Origin: Felis catus
Taxonomy: Eukaryota
NCBI RefSeq assembly: GCF_018350175.1
Contig: NC_058383.1
Span: forward strand, 24,554,001 to 24,618,000
Reading direction: 5' to 3'
DNA: 64,000 nt
Position 1 is the first letter of the stretch. Each line of letters begins with the position of its first letter. The translations under genes were made by a program, and so were the position numbers. Of the stretch, positions 11,195 through 24,365 are shown piece by piece. A model generated the notes under the pieces. It had not been told where the DNA came from and made no database searches. It saw nothing but the letters and a program-made list of their open reading frames with translations.

Positions 11195-11927
11195 GTAAAT
11201 GAGAATTGGGATATACATGCCAGGGTGTTGGTACAGTAACCACAACTCTGGGTTAAATGGATCAATTATAACCACCCCTCTGTCTTCTACCAAAACCCAC
11301 GCTAATCCCGTTGGGTAACACCTGACCCCTCTGTGCCCTCTCTTCCTTCCCTGTGAATCTTGGGGTGATGTACATATTTCCGATGAAATAGAAGCAGCTG
11401 GGACAAGACAACATGGTTAGCTTTAACCCTCTGGCTGCTCCCTGCCAAGTCCTTTCTGTGAAATGAATTGATGGTAGGAGGTTTTTTTAGAGCCCCTTCC
11501 AATTAAGCATTTTCCCTTCCAGGCTTTTAGGTTCCATTACACAAGCCCTAAACAGTACAACTCATTAAACTCCCAAAATTTTAGGGAAAGAAGGTATGAC
11601 CGAAGAAAGCCAAAAGAAGAAGAGCTGGTGGCAATCACTCTTCAGCCAGCTCCTAGCAAGGCTAAATGTAGGCAGATCAGGTCTTTGTGCTCCTTGATTC
11701 GGGTGCCTTTTTGCCTTACTTTTCAGGGCCCCACCCCCATGACCCTTTCCATCAAACCAAAGAATATTCAGTTAATACCTTTCCACTAAAGTACAGGGTA
11801 CTGACCCTGCTGTCCCTCTTGGTAGTAGTACATTGTAAATGAAAGGCCTATCCTTTGTCCTGCGATTTATTTTAAATTAAAAAACTAAGGAAAATGGCTA
11901 CCAGTATGAAATATTTCATGCAATTGC

Positions 11928-11928
<1 letters not shown>

Positions 11929-11968
<40 letters not shown>
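11929..11968. repeat. (TA)n microsatellite
   Basis: Directly visible. Confidence 0.95.
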
Positions 11969-11969
<1 letters not shown>

Positions 11970-12155
11970 CAAGAGTCAGCAAACATTTTCTGCAATGTAA
12001 ATGTTTTTATAGTGTCTTCAGCTCTGTGGGCCACAAAAAAACAGCCTTGGATGATAGGTAAACAATGGGTATGGCTGTGTTACAATAAAACTTTATTTTC
12101 AGAAACAGAAGCAAGGCCAGATTCAGCCCTCTGGTCTTAGTTTGTAAAATCTAGT
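11969..12155. mobile_element. MER58A-like hAT-Charlie MITE
   Basis: gtcagcaaacattttctg...aatgggtatggctgtgttacaataaaactttatt...ggccagatt. Confidence 0.7.
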
Positions 12156-12535
12156 TTGAAAACAAGTTTGAGGAGCTGCTGGGCATGGCTAAGGAACCTG
12201 GCACAGCACTACAATATTATATAGACATCAAAAAGAATGGGTATAAAAACTCACTAAACAGCTCCTTGATTATAACTGTGTAAAATTCTTGGATTGGGAA
12301 TTTAAGAAAAAAAAATTAGTTGAGCTTGCTGATGATTTTTTTTCTTTTTCATAAAAATTCAGTGAGGAAGACATAAATCAGTAATCCCAGAGATGTCAAG
12401 CCTAGTAGCTTCTGAGGGTGGAGGAGGATTTTGTATTTCTTGAGGGGGTAAGGTGGTGGGGATGTTTTTCAGACATTGATTTAAGTCACACAAGATGAAA
12501 TGACCCTACCACCTGCCCCCCCCCCACCTTTCCAG

Positions 12536-12646
12536 GTCCCTCGTAATCAGTGGGTCTTGCAGTGGCCTGGCCAGGTGGTTATCTGTGTCTCTTCCATCTT
12601 TTGGACCAAGGAGGTGTCCCAAGCCCTGGTCGAAAAGACCCTACCG
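12536..12646 (+). CDS. DNAH3: Dynein heavy chain window exon 7 (VPRNQWVLQWPGQVVICVSSIFWTKEVSQALVEKTLP)
   Basis: tttccag acceptor, CCG|gtaagt donor, 111 nt. Confidence 0.93.
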
Positions 12647-13194
12647 GTAAGTGAGCCTGTCATGAAGCTTGTAGAGGAGATTCAAGCTCGATTAAGCTTT
12701 GAATGACATATACTTAAAATAGCCCTATTTTCTGAGCAACAACAAGAAAAAATCATAGCATCCAACTCTGACATTGGGAAAGCCAGGGTTTTCATGGGGA
12801 CGGTGGGATGGATTTGGAATTGAGGCTATCCTGGAGTTCTCTAGTGTAACACCTCTCATGATCCTTCCCAGGTAGAAATACTAGGCTGTAATATACTAAA
12901 TTTTTATCAGTCTTCACTTCCAGGGGTCAGCTTGGCAAAATTTCTATCAACAGAGACCTCTTATCTTCTTCCTGGGCCCAAATATCACCTGGTCCTGTTT
13001 TCCCCTCCTCCTTTACCATAACCACTTCTTGCCACCTGCAGTTCAACACAAACCCACCTACAACTCTTCATTCAGCTTTCTTTTAAGACCAAGAATGTTG
13101 AAGTCCTCCTTGTCCTCAGATCCAGACATGCATATTTCCAGTTAATTCCTTCCGTGGAGGCCAATGCTTGAGAGTTCAAGACCTGGATGGACTT

Positions 13195-13418
13195 GGGGGG
13201 TGCCTGAGTGGCTTAGTCGGTTAAGCGTCCAGCTCTTAATTTCGGCTGAGGTCATGGTTCATGGCTTTGAGCCCCATGTTGGACTCTGCACTGAGAGCAC
13301 AGAGCCTTCTTGGGATTCTCTCTCTCTGTCCTTCCCCACCCACCCCCCCGCCCCCACCATATGTATACACATTTTCTCTCTCTTTCTCTCTCTCTCTAAA
13401 TAAAAGTTAAAAAAAAAA
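13195..13418 (+). mobile_element. CAN-SINE inserted into a MIR
   Basis: TSD aagacctggatggactt at 13178-13194 and 13419-13435. Confidence 0.9.
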
Positions 13419-14632
13419 AAGACCTGGATGGACTTGGGTTCATATCTTGTACTTTCCCTTGTTAGCTGTGTGACCATGGGCAAGTTTTTTAATCTAAGTC
13501 TTGGTCTCCTTGGCTCTACAATGCACCACAGTGCACCACATTGTAGTACAACATCATACTCTTCTGTGGGAGAGTTAAAGGAAATACTAGCAAATGAGTC
13601 ACTGCTAGAGACCAGGCTATGAATCCCACAGTGCAGAGGCTATGTCTGTTTTTCTCACTATTATATCTTCAGGGGTTACTGCAATGCTGAGCACATAGTA
13701 GGTGCTAAATATTTGCTGAACAAATGAATTGTAACTCCATTCCCAACCTTTTTACCATAAACATACTTTCCCATGTTTATCCCATTAGACCTTCTGTTAT
13801 TCCCCCTGTAGATGACTGGCTGCAGACAAGAAAATATTTTAGTTTATTATATTTTGTTTTATACCTTAAAATTAGAACATTAGTATTTAACCAGCATTCA
13901 AATTTCTACAGATTCCATGTTGATAATTCCTACAAATATACTTTACACTTGCTGACTACTTTCATGTATTTCATTTCACACTTTTGAAACACTAAAAAAT
14001 TATGATTTTTGTGACTGCATCTCTGTGCCCCAGTTTTCCTACCTGTAAAAAGGAGAGCCTGCTTCCCATCACACATCAGTGCCATAGAGTACCTGTGTGT
14101 TGAATGATGTGGCTCAGTGTCTTAAAGGAAGCAAATGTTGGTACAGGATCACCATCCATGCATCCATCCATCCATCCATCCATCCATCCATCCAGTATTC
14201 CTTTAATAAATATTTGTTTGACATCTGCCCTGTGCTGAAATGATGCTACTAGGCAAAGGGAATTAGAAGTGAATCAGAGCAACATGGTCCCTGTCCTCAT
14301 GAATTTACAGTCTAGTGGGGGAGATAAAAAGTCTCTTCAGTAGGAGTGTGATAAGGAAAGCTTAGGGATTCAAGAAGCATGGGAAGGAAGGAGAGAAGAG
14401 AGAGGTTAGGATTAGAGATGATTTCCCAGGAAAATGGTGCCTAAGAGGAGACCTAAAATATAAACAGGGATTAGCCAAGTAAAAAACAGGAGAAAGAGTG
14501 TTCGAGAGAGAGAGAGAGAGAAACCACAATGTGCAAAAGTCTGAAGATGAAAAATGTGGTGCATTCCAGCAACTGAAGGCGCTTTGGTCCAGAATAGCTG
14601 TGGAATGAGTGTGGTTAAGAAAGATGTGGGGA

Positions 14633-14755
14633 GGGGTGCCTGACTGGCTCAGTTGGCAGAGCATGGGACTCTTGATCTTGGGGTTGTGAGTTTGAGCCCC
14701 ACACTGGGTGTAGAGATTACTTAAAAATAAAATCTTAAAAAAAAAAAAAAAAAAA
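14633..14755 (+). mobile_element. Short-form carnivore SINE
   Basis: ggggtgcctgactggctcag head, gggtgtagagattactt body end, poly-A. Confidence 0.85.
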
Positions 14756-15109
14756 GATGCATCACCAAGAGTTTTCCAGACTCACAGCAAGGGCAATGGG
14801 GAGGCATTGAAAAGGCTTTTTTTTTTTTTTTTTTTTTTTTGGCTATGTGTCAGGTACCTTATTAATAATAATAACAACCATCAGTATTTACTGGATGCTT
14901 TATTCACACTGTGCCAAGTGCTTCGCCATTTCATTTAATCTTCAAAACAGCTCCAAGAGATAGCTGAAATTATCTAGACTCGGCAGAACAGGAGACTAAG
15001 ACTCAGCAGGTTACTCTATTTTGCCCAGAACTGCATAGCTAGGAAGTGGGGAAGGTGAGCTATGGACCTAAGGTGGTCTCACTTTTTTTCCTCTTTAAAA
15101 TGTATTTTG

Positions 15110-15680
15110 TATTTTTTAACTCTTTATTTCGAAGTAATGTCAGACTCACAAATAATGTTGCAAAAATAATGCAAAGAGTTCTCATATCCAGATTCACCCA
15201 AAATTAACATCTTAAATAGCCACAATATGATTATAATTATCCAAATCAGGAAACCAACATTGATGCAAGATACATTCTTATCTAATCTGTTCCAGGATCA
15301 TGGTTTACATACATTTACTTTTCACATCTCCTGTGTCTCCTTTAATCTGAAAAAGTTTCCATTTTTTAAAATTCTGATTTACTGCATAATTTATATACAG
15401 TAAAATTCACACTTTTTAGTGTACAGTTCTGAGTTTCAACACATACATACATTCGTGTAACCACCATCACAGTCAAGATACAGAACAGTTGCATGCCCCC
15501 CAAAGTTCCCTCACTCCCTTTGTAGCGATCCCTTCCCCTGTTCCACGCCTCTGGCAACTACCAAGCTGTTGTCTGCTCCTGTATTTTGTCTTTTCCACAG
15601 TATCATAACAATAAAATCAAGATATCTGGCCTTTCCAATTTGACTTCCTTCAGTTAGCATAATGCATTTGAAATTTGTCT
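15110..15680 (-). mobile_element. Old L1M 3' UTR fragments
   Basis: tttatttcgaagtaatgtcagactcaca and tacagtaaaattcacactttttagtgtacagttctg motifs; boundaries approximate. Confidence 0.6.
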
Positions 15681-15820
15681 TGAGGTTGATGAAGAGAGTG
15701 AGGGAAAGGTTGCTGGAGGGATGGCTTGGGCCATGGGCTGGTGGATGGTGCCATTCCCCAAGAGGGGATTACAGAGAAGAATCCAGTTTAACCAGATGTC
15801 CCCTCCTGTGCCCCTGCCAG

Positions 15821-15935
15821 GATTTTCTGAAAAAGAGCAACAATCAGATCGCACAGATTGTCCAGCTGGTTCGAGGGAAGCTAAGCAGTGGGGCTCGACT
15901 CACCCTCGGGGCCCTCACGGTCATCGATGTCCATG
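15821..15935 (+). CDS. DNAH3: Dynein heavy chain window exon 8 (DFLKKSNNQIAQIVQLVRGKLSSGARLTLGALTVIDVH)
   Basis: ctgccag acceptor, G|gtgag donor, 115 nt. Confidence 0.93.
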
Positions 15936-16530
15936 GTGAGCAAGGAGGCTTCTCTGGCATTTCTGACTGTCTAGGAAGAGCAACCAGGCTTGCTGCTCTC
16001 CATTCTCCTGGATGGAGTGATTCAGGGTCTCCTTTCCTGTTAGGGAGAGGCTTCTCTAACTGTAAGTAAGGTGAGGGAGTAAGAAGTCAAGGCTTCTATG
16101 AATCTCCACCTCCTTTTCTCTCCCATCCCCACCCTTATTTCCAGGGAACCCCTAAGCAGGGCCCTCTCACTGAGACCATGATGGCCAAAGCCATTTCTAA
16201 GATTCACCAACTTGGAACATTTTCTTGAGGCTGACCATAGCTAATATTTTTGAATACCCACCAGGTACGAGGCTTTGTGCTCAGTGCTTGACATACATTA
16301 TCTTGTTTTTATACACACTTAACAAATTAAGAACCTGAGGCTTAGAGGGTTAAATAACTCACCAGAGAGGAATACAGCTACTAAGTAGCAGAAGCTGTTT
16401 TGTAATTTGATGTCATTGATTTAATGGTAATTCTTTGTCTGATTCCAAACCCAAGAGACTGGAAATGGGCAGTGTATGCAGGGAGAGAACGGGTGAGAGA
16501 TAATGCCTTCCAGCAATTCCTTTAAAAAAA

Positions 16531-17174
16531 ATGGGAATGCAAGCTGGTGCAGCCTCTCTGGAAAACAGTATAGAGGTTCCTCAAAAAACTAAAAATAGAA
16601 CTACCCTACAACCCAGCAATTGCATTACTAGGCATTTATCCATGGGATACAGGTGTGCTGTTTCAAAGGGACACGTGCATCCCCATGTTTATAGCAGCAC
16701 TATCAACAATAGCCAAAGTATGGAATAGAGCCCAAATGTCCATCGACGGATGAATGGTTAAAGAAGATGTGGTATATATATGCACAATGGAGTATTACTC
16801 GGCAATCAAAAAGAATGGAATCTTGCCATTTGCAACTATGTGGATGGAACTGGAGGGTATTATGCTAAGTGAAATTAGTCAGAGAAAGACAAAAATCATA
16901 TGACTTCACTCATATGAGGACTTTAAGAGACAAAACGGATGAACATAAGGGAAGGGAAACAAAAATAATATAAAAACAGGGAGGGGGACGAAACAGAAGA
17001 GACTCATAAATATGGAGAACAAACTGAAGGTTACGGGAGGGGTTGTAGGAGGGGGGATGGGCTAAATGGGTAAGGGGCACTAAGGAATCTACTCCTGAAA
17101 TCATTGTTGCACTATATACTAACTAATTTGGATGTAAATTTAAAAAAATAAAAAATAAAATTTTTTAAAAAAAA
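16531..17174 (+). mobile_element. 5'-truncated carnivore L1 (ORF2 C-terminus + 3' UTR + A-tail)
   Basis: L1 ORF2 end (cccatgtttatagcagcactatcaacaatagcc), G-rich 3' UTR, A-tail; near-identical to about 51997-52621. Confidence 0.92.
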
Positions 17175-17518
17175 GGAGAGGAGGAGGAGGAAGAACTGGG
17201 GCCTTTATATAAAACAAACCACCCCCTCACCCTCACTCCATCACCACCAAGGAAACTAGGGCTGGACTAGCTGGTTGCCTGGAAACAGTGTCTCTCTTGT
17301 TCATACACCCAGCTGCCTCCTGGCATTTTGTGGCATCTTGTTCTCCTTAAGATTGATGCTCATTTCTATCTAATTTTGCTTGGATAGACAAGCATGAAAT
17401 CAGGGAGAGAGAAGGGAGAATGTGAACTTCATCTAGTAGGAGTAAGAAGTGCATGTGTGGTTACTGCCCAGGGTTCCCCAGAATGGTTGTGTTCACACAT
17501 TTGCACATACACACTCAG

Positions 17519-17547
17519 GCACGCACACGTGTGCGCGCGTGCGCGCG

Positions 17548-17597
<50 letters not shown>

Positions 17598-17598
17598 C
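17519..17598. repeat. (GC)n/(AC)n alternating purine-pyrimidine tract
   Basis: 80 nt of uninterrupted alternation. Confidence 0.95.
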
Positions 17599-18422
17599 TG
17601 CATCATGCAGGCATTCCCCATACTCAGTCCCTTGAGAGTCATCTTCCTCTTGGATCCCTCATGGAGACCCCTATTCCTGCTACTACTCTGTGGTTTCTCT
17701 GAAGAACCTGGAGGGGAATTACATTCCTCAGGAAGGACAGAAGAGCTATTGGTGTAATCTTCAAGGACTCTTCTCCGGAGGGTTTTGGATTTTACTGTTA
17801 TGAAGAAGACTTCTCTTCACAGAGGGGCAGTAGACTAACAGAAGCATCCTTTGCAAAGTTATGTTTCTGAGATACTAAATTCAGGCTACTGTCCTAGTTA
17901 TGAGATCTCAATAGCTCTCATCCAAGCATTCCATAAAAAATAACTAATGATTCTCATAAACCTTTATTTATTCTTCAACTTCAAGGCTCCCATAACTGTG
18001 AGAAAATTAAATTAGGCTCATAATCCTATGAGAGAAAGAAGGACACCCAGAAGTATATCTCCCATCTGTTTTCTCAGGCCCTGAGATGGAAAGACTATAT
18101 GTAACCATGGGTTCTGGGGACCCCTTCCCTTGCCAACTGCATCAGGCCAAGCTGACTGTATTCTCCTGGGATATCCTAGAAGCCTGGAACAGGGTCAAAA
18201 GGACCATATTGGGGATTTGACAGCATTTGGGGTAACTACATATTGCAAATCTCTCTGGGCCAGTCCCCCCAGAATTTAGGAACAATAACAATAGCTAGTA
18301 TTTATATAATCTTTCCTTTTTTCTTTCTTTCATCTATCTGTATCTGCATATATATGTGGATATATATTTATATATGTACACATATATGTGTACATATGTG
18401 TGTATATACATGTCTGTGTATA

Positions 18423-18752
18423 CAGTTGGCCTGTGACCAACCTGGGTTTGAACTGCACAGGTCCACGTAGAAGCAAATTTTTTCAATAAGTACGATACAG
18501 TACTGTAAATGTATTGTCTCTTCATGACTTTCATAATAATATTTTCTCTAGCTTACTTTATTGTGAGAATACAGTATATGATACATATAACTTGCAAAAT
18601 ATGTGTTAATTGGCCCCTTGTTATCTGTAAGGTTTCCAGTCTAAGAGTAGACTGTTAGTAATTAGGTTTGAAGGGAGTTGAAAGTTATAAGCAAATTTTT
18701 GACTCTACAGTGGTTAGGCACCCCAACCCCTACGTTGTTCAAAGGTAAACTG
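18423..18752. mobile_element. Tigger2-family MITE (TcMar)
   Basis: TIRs cagttggcctgtgaccaac / gttgttcaaaggtaaactg flanked by TA on both sides (18421-18422, 18753-18754). Confidence 0.8.
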
Positions 18753-19196
18753 TATATACAGTTAATCCTCCTAATAACCTTCTAATAACCCTAGAAGGTG
18801 GGTACTATGTTATCCCCACTTTACAGATTATGCAACTCAAGAGAGAGGTTGCGTAACCTGCTCAAAGTCACGTAGCTAGTTAATGGCAGAACCAGAATTT
18901 GGATCCAGGCAGTCTGACTTCAGAGTATACACTTTTAATGCCTCTGCTGTACTGTCTGAGAGAAGACAATGTAGCATGTTCTCTGCCAGGCTTCTTGGGA
19001 GAAGCAAAGTCCAGCTTCTGAAAGATATTGCTGCCTGTAGGTTAGGAGTGGGCAGGGAAGCTAGTTGAGCCTGAAACTGTTTGGATAGTGAAGGGTGGCC
19101 TGGATAATGTCCTGACATCCTGAGCAGTCTCTGGACATATGAGTATGCTGATGGCTCTGCATTTGTGTGTTTCCACATCTGCATCTGTTCCAATAG

Positions 19197-19395
19197 CTCG
19201 CGACGTGGTGGCCAAGTTATCTGAGGATAATATTTGTGATCTAAATGATTTCCAGTGGATCTCCCAGCTGCGTTACTACTGGGATTCAAAGGATGTACAG
19301 GTGCAGATGATCACCACAGAAGTCTTATATGGCTATGAGTACTTGGGGAACTCCCCCCGGCTGGTGATTACACCCCTCACCGACCGCTGCTACAG
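19197..19395 (+). CDS. DNAH3: Dynein heavy chain window exon 9 (RDVVAKL...[11 protein letters not shown]...[22 protein letters not shown])
   Basis: caatag acceptor, AG|gtaac donor, 199 nt; YGYEYLG and [12 protein letters not shown] hallmark motifs at the start of AAA1. Confidence 0.95.
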
Positions 19396-19679
19396 GTAAC
19401 CTCTGGGCCTCCCCCAAGACCTGAAGGGTGAATAGAATGCCAGAAGGAAAACCTTCTGGGGAAGAAGGTGTGGAGCATCTTGAGTTTGTAACCTTTACCC
19501 TCTACATTTCAGATACTCAGATTGTAGAATTTTGTCCTTAATTATCATGGTCCCACAACAGGCGTGGAAATTAGCCCTTAGGCCAGAAATGAGAACCCAG
19601 TAGGAATCCTAATGCAAATTAATGTGGCCAAACCAACAAGCAGAATGTTGATGCCTGTCCTTAAAAATGCCCCAGTACT

Positions 19680-19904
19680 GGGGTGCCTGGGTGACTCAGT
19701 CAGTTGAGCGTCGACTCTTGATTTCAGCTCAGGTCATGATCTCAGAGTTCATGGGGTGGAGCCCTATATCGGGCTCTGCACTGACAATGCAGAGCCTGCT
19801 TAGGGTTCTCTCTCTCTCTCTTTCTGTCTCTCTCTGCCCCTCCCCTGCTTGTGCTGTATTTCTCTCTCTCTCTTTCTCTCTCTCAAAATAAATGAACTTT
19901 TAAA
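19680..19904 (+). mobile_element. CAN-SINE
   Basis: TSD aaaaatgccccagta / aaaaatgccacagta. Confidence 0.9.
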
Positions 19905-20881
19905 AAAAATGCCACAGTATTTAAGTAGAAAGCTCTCCAATGGCAGGAATCAAGATGGTGCCTGGAGATCCCATAGACGAAAGAATCAAAAGGGGCCAGG
20001 TGAAGGACTCAGGCAAGGAGTCTCCAAGCTCAGCCAGCCAGTCTGATGGAGAGACGTAGTCATTCTATGCTCAGCAAAGTGCTTTTCCACTTTCCTTGGT
20101 ATTCATAACATTAGAAATGTGAACTTTGTGAATGTGTCAACTTTGTGATGTTTAGATTTTCTTTGATTTTGTATATTCCTTAAAGTGGAATTTTTTAAAT
20201 TAAAAAGACAATTCTTGAGTATTTTGTCCTTTGAAAGTCCTCAAACACCTGTTTTCTGTGTTCGGTGATTTTTGTTCTTCATTCATTTGTTTCATTATTC
20301 ACTAGTCATTTCTTAAAGTCTCCTGTGCCCCATGCATGACCTCAAGAAACCCTCAATCTATTGGGGTCAGGGGAGAGAGATAGATGATTATAAGATGGTG
20401 TGTTAACTGAAACTATAGAGGCCCATACAATGGACTGTAGCGCCACACTTAACACATCATTAATTTCTAATATTTATTTTGCCCCTACTGTATCAAACTG
20501 AATCAAATACAGGTCCTGAACTCAAGAGTTCATAATCCAGTGGGAGAAATGGATTTATTTTCACCACTCCATTAGAACTGGTGATCTTTCATGTGTGGAG
20601 TTTATGAAGATTTTTTACCTTTATTTGATTCATTTGTGTATGTATTCATTTATCCATTCAATCATTCATTAAAACAAATGTTTATGGGTGCCACCCATGC
20701 ACCAGGCTCTAAGATTACAGTACTGAGTAAAACAGAATTTTTCACAATGATGATATCCTGGTCATATAATCAGGGAAAAAATTTAAAGCTATTTGTAGGA
20801 GTCAAAACAAAATAAAGCAAAAGTCTCTTTCTTCCCTGTGTCTTAGGACTTGGGCACCGAATTCTTATTTTCTTCCCTTAG

Positions 20882-20990
20882 GACACTGATGGGGGCTTTG
20901 AAGCTGAACCTTGGGGGAGCTCCGGAGGGACCAGCTGGTACAGGAAAGACAGAAACCACAAAAGATCTGGCCAAAGCTTTGGCCAAGCAG
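20882..20990 (+). CDS. DNAH3: Dynein heavy chain window exon 10, AAA1 Walker A ([36 protein letters not shown])
   Basis: cccttag acceptor, CAG|gtagg donor, 109 nt; P-loop GPAGTGKT at 20928-20951. Confidence 0.95.
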
Positions 20991-21216
20991 GTAGGGAAAT
21001 GCTGTCTGTTCTCACCCTCTCTTGTCATCCCTGTCTAGACTCCTATCAGGGGAGTGGGCATTAAGTTCAAGATGGTTAAGGGTGAGAGAGGCAGAGTTGG
21101 GCCCCAGCTCCTACAGTGGAATAGGAAGAGAAGAGCCACACCCGTGTTTTATGGTGCAGGGTAATTCAAATATGAGGGAACCCACCCCTAATGGTGCCCA
21201 CATTCTCCTTCTCTAG

Positions 21217-21330
21217 TGTGTGGTCTTCAACTGCTCAGATGGTCTGGATTACAAAGCCATGGGGAAGTTCTTCAAGGGACTGGCCCAGGCCGGAGCATGG
21301 GCCTGCTTTGATGAGTTCAACAGAATTGAG
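21217..21330 (+). CDS. DNAH3: Dynein heavy chain window exon 11, AAA1 Walker B ([38 protein letters not shown])
   Basis: ctctag acceptor, GAG|gtaatg donor, 114 nt; CFDEFNR motif. Confidence 0.95.
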
Positions 21331-21868
21331 GTAATGCTGCAACGGGACTACAGAGCAGGGATTGGATATGCAGGGGCCTTTTTCTGGGCTCTTAGGTGCT
21401 CAGTGACAGTGCCTTATGTCTCCTCTAAGACTGTTGCACAGAGTAAGTACTCAATGAACTAAACAAAAACAGTCCCAAGGAGACAAAGTGCATATTTTGT
21501 ATACATATGGATCCTCAGTATATTCATTCCTTCGCTCCCTCATTCAAAAATTTATTGAGTAGCTAGTATATGTCAGATACTCCGCAATTGTTCATGACAC
21601 AAAGATAAGTAAGAAATGATTTTGCCCTCTGAGTGTTAGAATTTAGCAAAGGGAAATAAAAAGTAAGTGAAGCACATAGAATATGATAGAAGTCTATGGT
21701 AGTGGTACAAAAGAGGCATCACAAAAGAGAGGGGGTGATTAATTTTATTTGGGTAGGGAATTTAGGTCAGGAAATGTAAACATGCAATGGGAACCAATAA
21801 ACACTGAGTACATACTATGGGTCAAGCATTATGCTAGGTGCTGGAACAGAGATAAAATACTATGGAAA

Positions 21869-21874
<6 letters not shown>

Positions 21875-21914
<40 letters not shown>
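21875..21914. repeat. (AC)n microsatellite (another lies at 24638-24670)
   Basis: Directly visible. Confidence 0.95.
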
Positions 21915-21916
<2 letters not shown>

Positions 21917-22086
21917 CAATTTTCTTTTTCTTTACCAAAACCCCAAATCATTCTTGTAATTTTGAAGGTGAAGGTCTGGTTTTTAGGTGATTGGGTTTTT
22001 TCATTGCTAAGTGAAGGAGACTCTGGCAGAGTTGGGTGGTGGCTGTCAGAGCAAGAGCTCACATCTGCCCACTATTCTCAATCCAG

Positions 22087-22263
22087 GTAGAAGTGCTATC
22101 TGTGGTGGCTCAGCAGATTCTCAGCATTCAACAAGCCATTATCCGGAAGCTAAAGACATTCATCTTTGAAGGCACCGAGCTCCTTCTGAACCCAACCTGC
22201 GCTGTCTTCATCACCATGAACCCTGGATATGCTGGCAGGGCTGAGCTGCCAGATAACCTCAAG
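22087..22263 (+). CDS. DNAH3: Dynein heavy chain window exon 12 ([10 protein letters not shown]...[19 protein letters not shown])
   Basis: atccag acceptor, AAG|gtaaac donor, 177 nt; [11 protein letters not shown] sensor-I motif. Confidence 0.95.
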
Positions 22264-24273
22264 GTAAACGTGAGCGTGTATAAATTCTGCGTGTATTTTA
22301 TGGTGTAGAAACCTCTGGAGGTAACAGAAGATCTCACAGAGAAGGCAAATAATGGGTGACATTTTTCAGCTGTGAGAATTAATAGTGGAGCAATGGTAGT
22401 AAGTTAGTCCCCAGAACCTAACTGTTACCCCAACAATGTCTCGTGGGGGAGGGCCATATATCCATAATGAACAATGGCAATTAGAAGACAATGAACACTA
22501 GAACAAGAGTCACTATTTCTGTTGTCTACAGGAGGTCAATGAGAGGAACCAGCTGGGCTTGGTAGGGACTCTGACAAATGCCCCCTCTAGAGGGAGCAGC
22601 CCTTACTTAGCCGCCAGCCTACTGTTGCCAAGCAGGAATTGTCACATCTTCTCATTTTTCAGGAAAAGCCAGACATTTGGATTTTTACATGTAATCTGAT
22701 TGTTGTGATCCTGGCTAAATGCAAAAAAAAAAAAAAAAATCACTGTAGGCCAAACAAAAACATCTCATAAGACAGCATCAAAGGTAGTCACAGAGAACTC
22801 TGGGAAACCTAGGCAGAACCACGTGGAGGTCCTCTTCATTACCAGCCTGCTTAAGCTGAAGTGGTGTCCATATCAAAATAGGCTGTTCCAACCAGCTGCA
22901 GAGAGGACAAGGAAGTATGTATGTCCCCAGTGCCTACTGCTGAGCTGGCCTGAGTTGCAGCCATGGTAACAGCTACTGGTCCTGCTGCTAGTAGAGAAGG
23001 AAGGTGCCTCTGAAGGGAAAGTCAACCAGGCCATCTTCAAGGGAATAGGCTGTAGATTGTGCTCTGATGGAAGGAAAAACCTCAAAGTACAAAATGGCTG
23101 GATCTCCTGTACAAGGAGACCCTAGCACCCCAACTGCATGAAAAGAGGGACCAGGACCAGAGAGAGACTTCTAGGCCTGCTTCTTTATGGATTTTCCTCT
23201 ACGTTATTAATTCCATGAGTGGAATTCACAAGACACAAGAGTGGAAGACACAAGAGAGACCCAGACAAACCCATATGAGTACTTCATGTGGCAGAAACGC
23301 GTCTGATTAGTGCTCTGCAATCTTATTCAGACACTTCTTCTCACTGCCCCCCAAATGGAAAAGAGTCAGGGAGATCCTTAGTAATGACTCCTCCCGTCTA
23401 AGCCAGGATAGGCCAATGAGCACCAAAGTGCAATTTGGACCCACATTTCTCATTTTTACCACCCAACAGTTGTAATCCCCACCCCCCCGCCACACCCCTC
23501 CCAGCCAGCAACCCTGTCAAGTCTGTATAAGCAGCTTTCGTGAGATAGTGTGGTATAGCAGAAATCACCAGGGGGTGGTGTCAGGAAGCCTGGGTTCTAG
23601 TCCTGGCTCTACCTGTAACTGACTGTTTGGACTTCTGTAAGATCTAAGGTAATAACAATAGCTAATGCTTATTGAACACTAACTTATGTGCCACACACTG
23701 TTCTAAGCACTTCACTCATATGATATCATTTGTTCTCATGAGAACAATACAGTTGTTGGCCCATTTTGAGGTGAAATAACTAGAGGGAAATTACTTGCCC
23801 ACAGCCAATAGGCAGCAGTACAAGTACTCAGATCAGTATCTGTCTGACTTCAAGATTCTTCAGATATATATTGGTCCTGCATTCCTAAATGACTTCCTCT
23901 GTCCTTAATGAACAAAGGAAAGGTCTGATAGTTGAATAGTACTCATTTGGCATAGGGAAATGAGGTGTTATTAGAATACCAGCACCTAAGGCCTTCCACG
24001 TAACCACTGAGGGACCCATTGTGGCAACATGTACATAGACAGGGCCAGTGGGGAGGTTAGCTGGGCAGTGGACCTGCCCAACAAAGACGGTCTCTCGGCA
24101 TTGACTTGTCCTCCTGCTTTTCTTTCCTTGATTTCACTGGAATGGTGTGAATGACTTTCCTGCTTCTCCTTGTATCTGTAAATACACCTTCTCCCAGAGT
24201 TTACTGTATGTGTTCAGGTTCTCAGTGGCCTTTTCTTTTCTTTTCTTTTCTTTTCTGGCCATTTGTTTTCTAG

Positions 24274-24365
24274 GCCTTATTCCGGACAGTTGCCATGATG
24301 GTGCCAGATTATGCCCTCATTGGGGAAATTTCCCTCTATTCCATGGGGTTTCTGGACTCCAGAAG
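24274..24365 (+). CDS. DNAH3: Dynein heavy chain window exon 13 ([30 protein letters not shown])
   Basis: ttttctag acceptor, AG|gtatgt donor, 92 nt. Confidence 0.94.

Noticed and set aside
22081..22092. CAG|GTAGAA at the exon 12 start as a recursive splice site
   Set aside because: The intron is short (756 nt) and GTA GAA simply encodes conserved Val-Glu.
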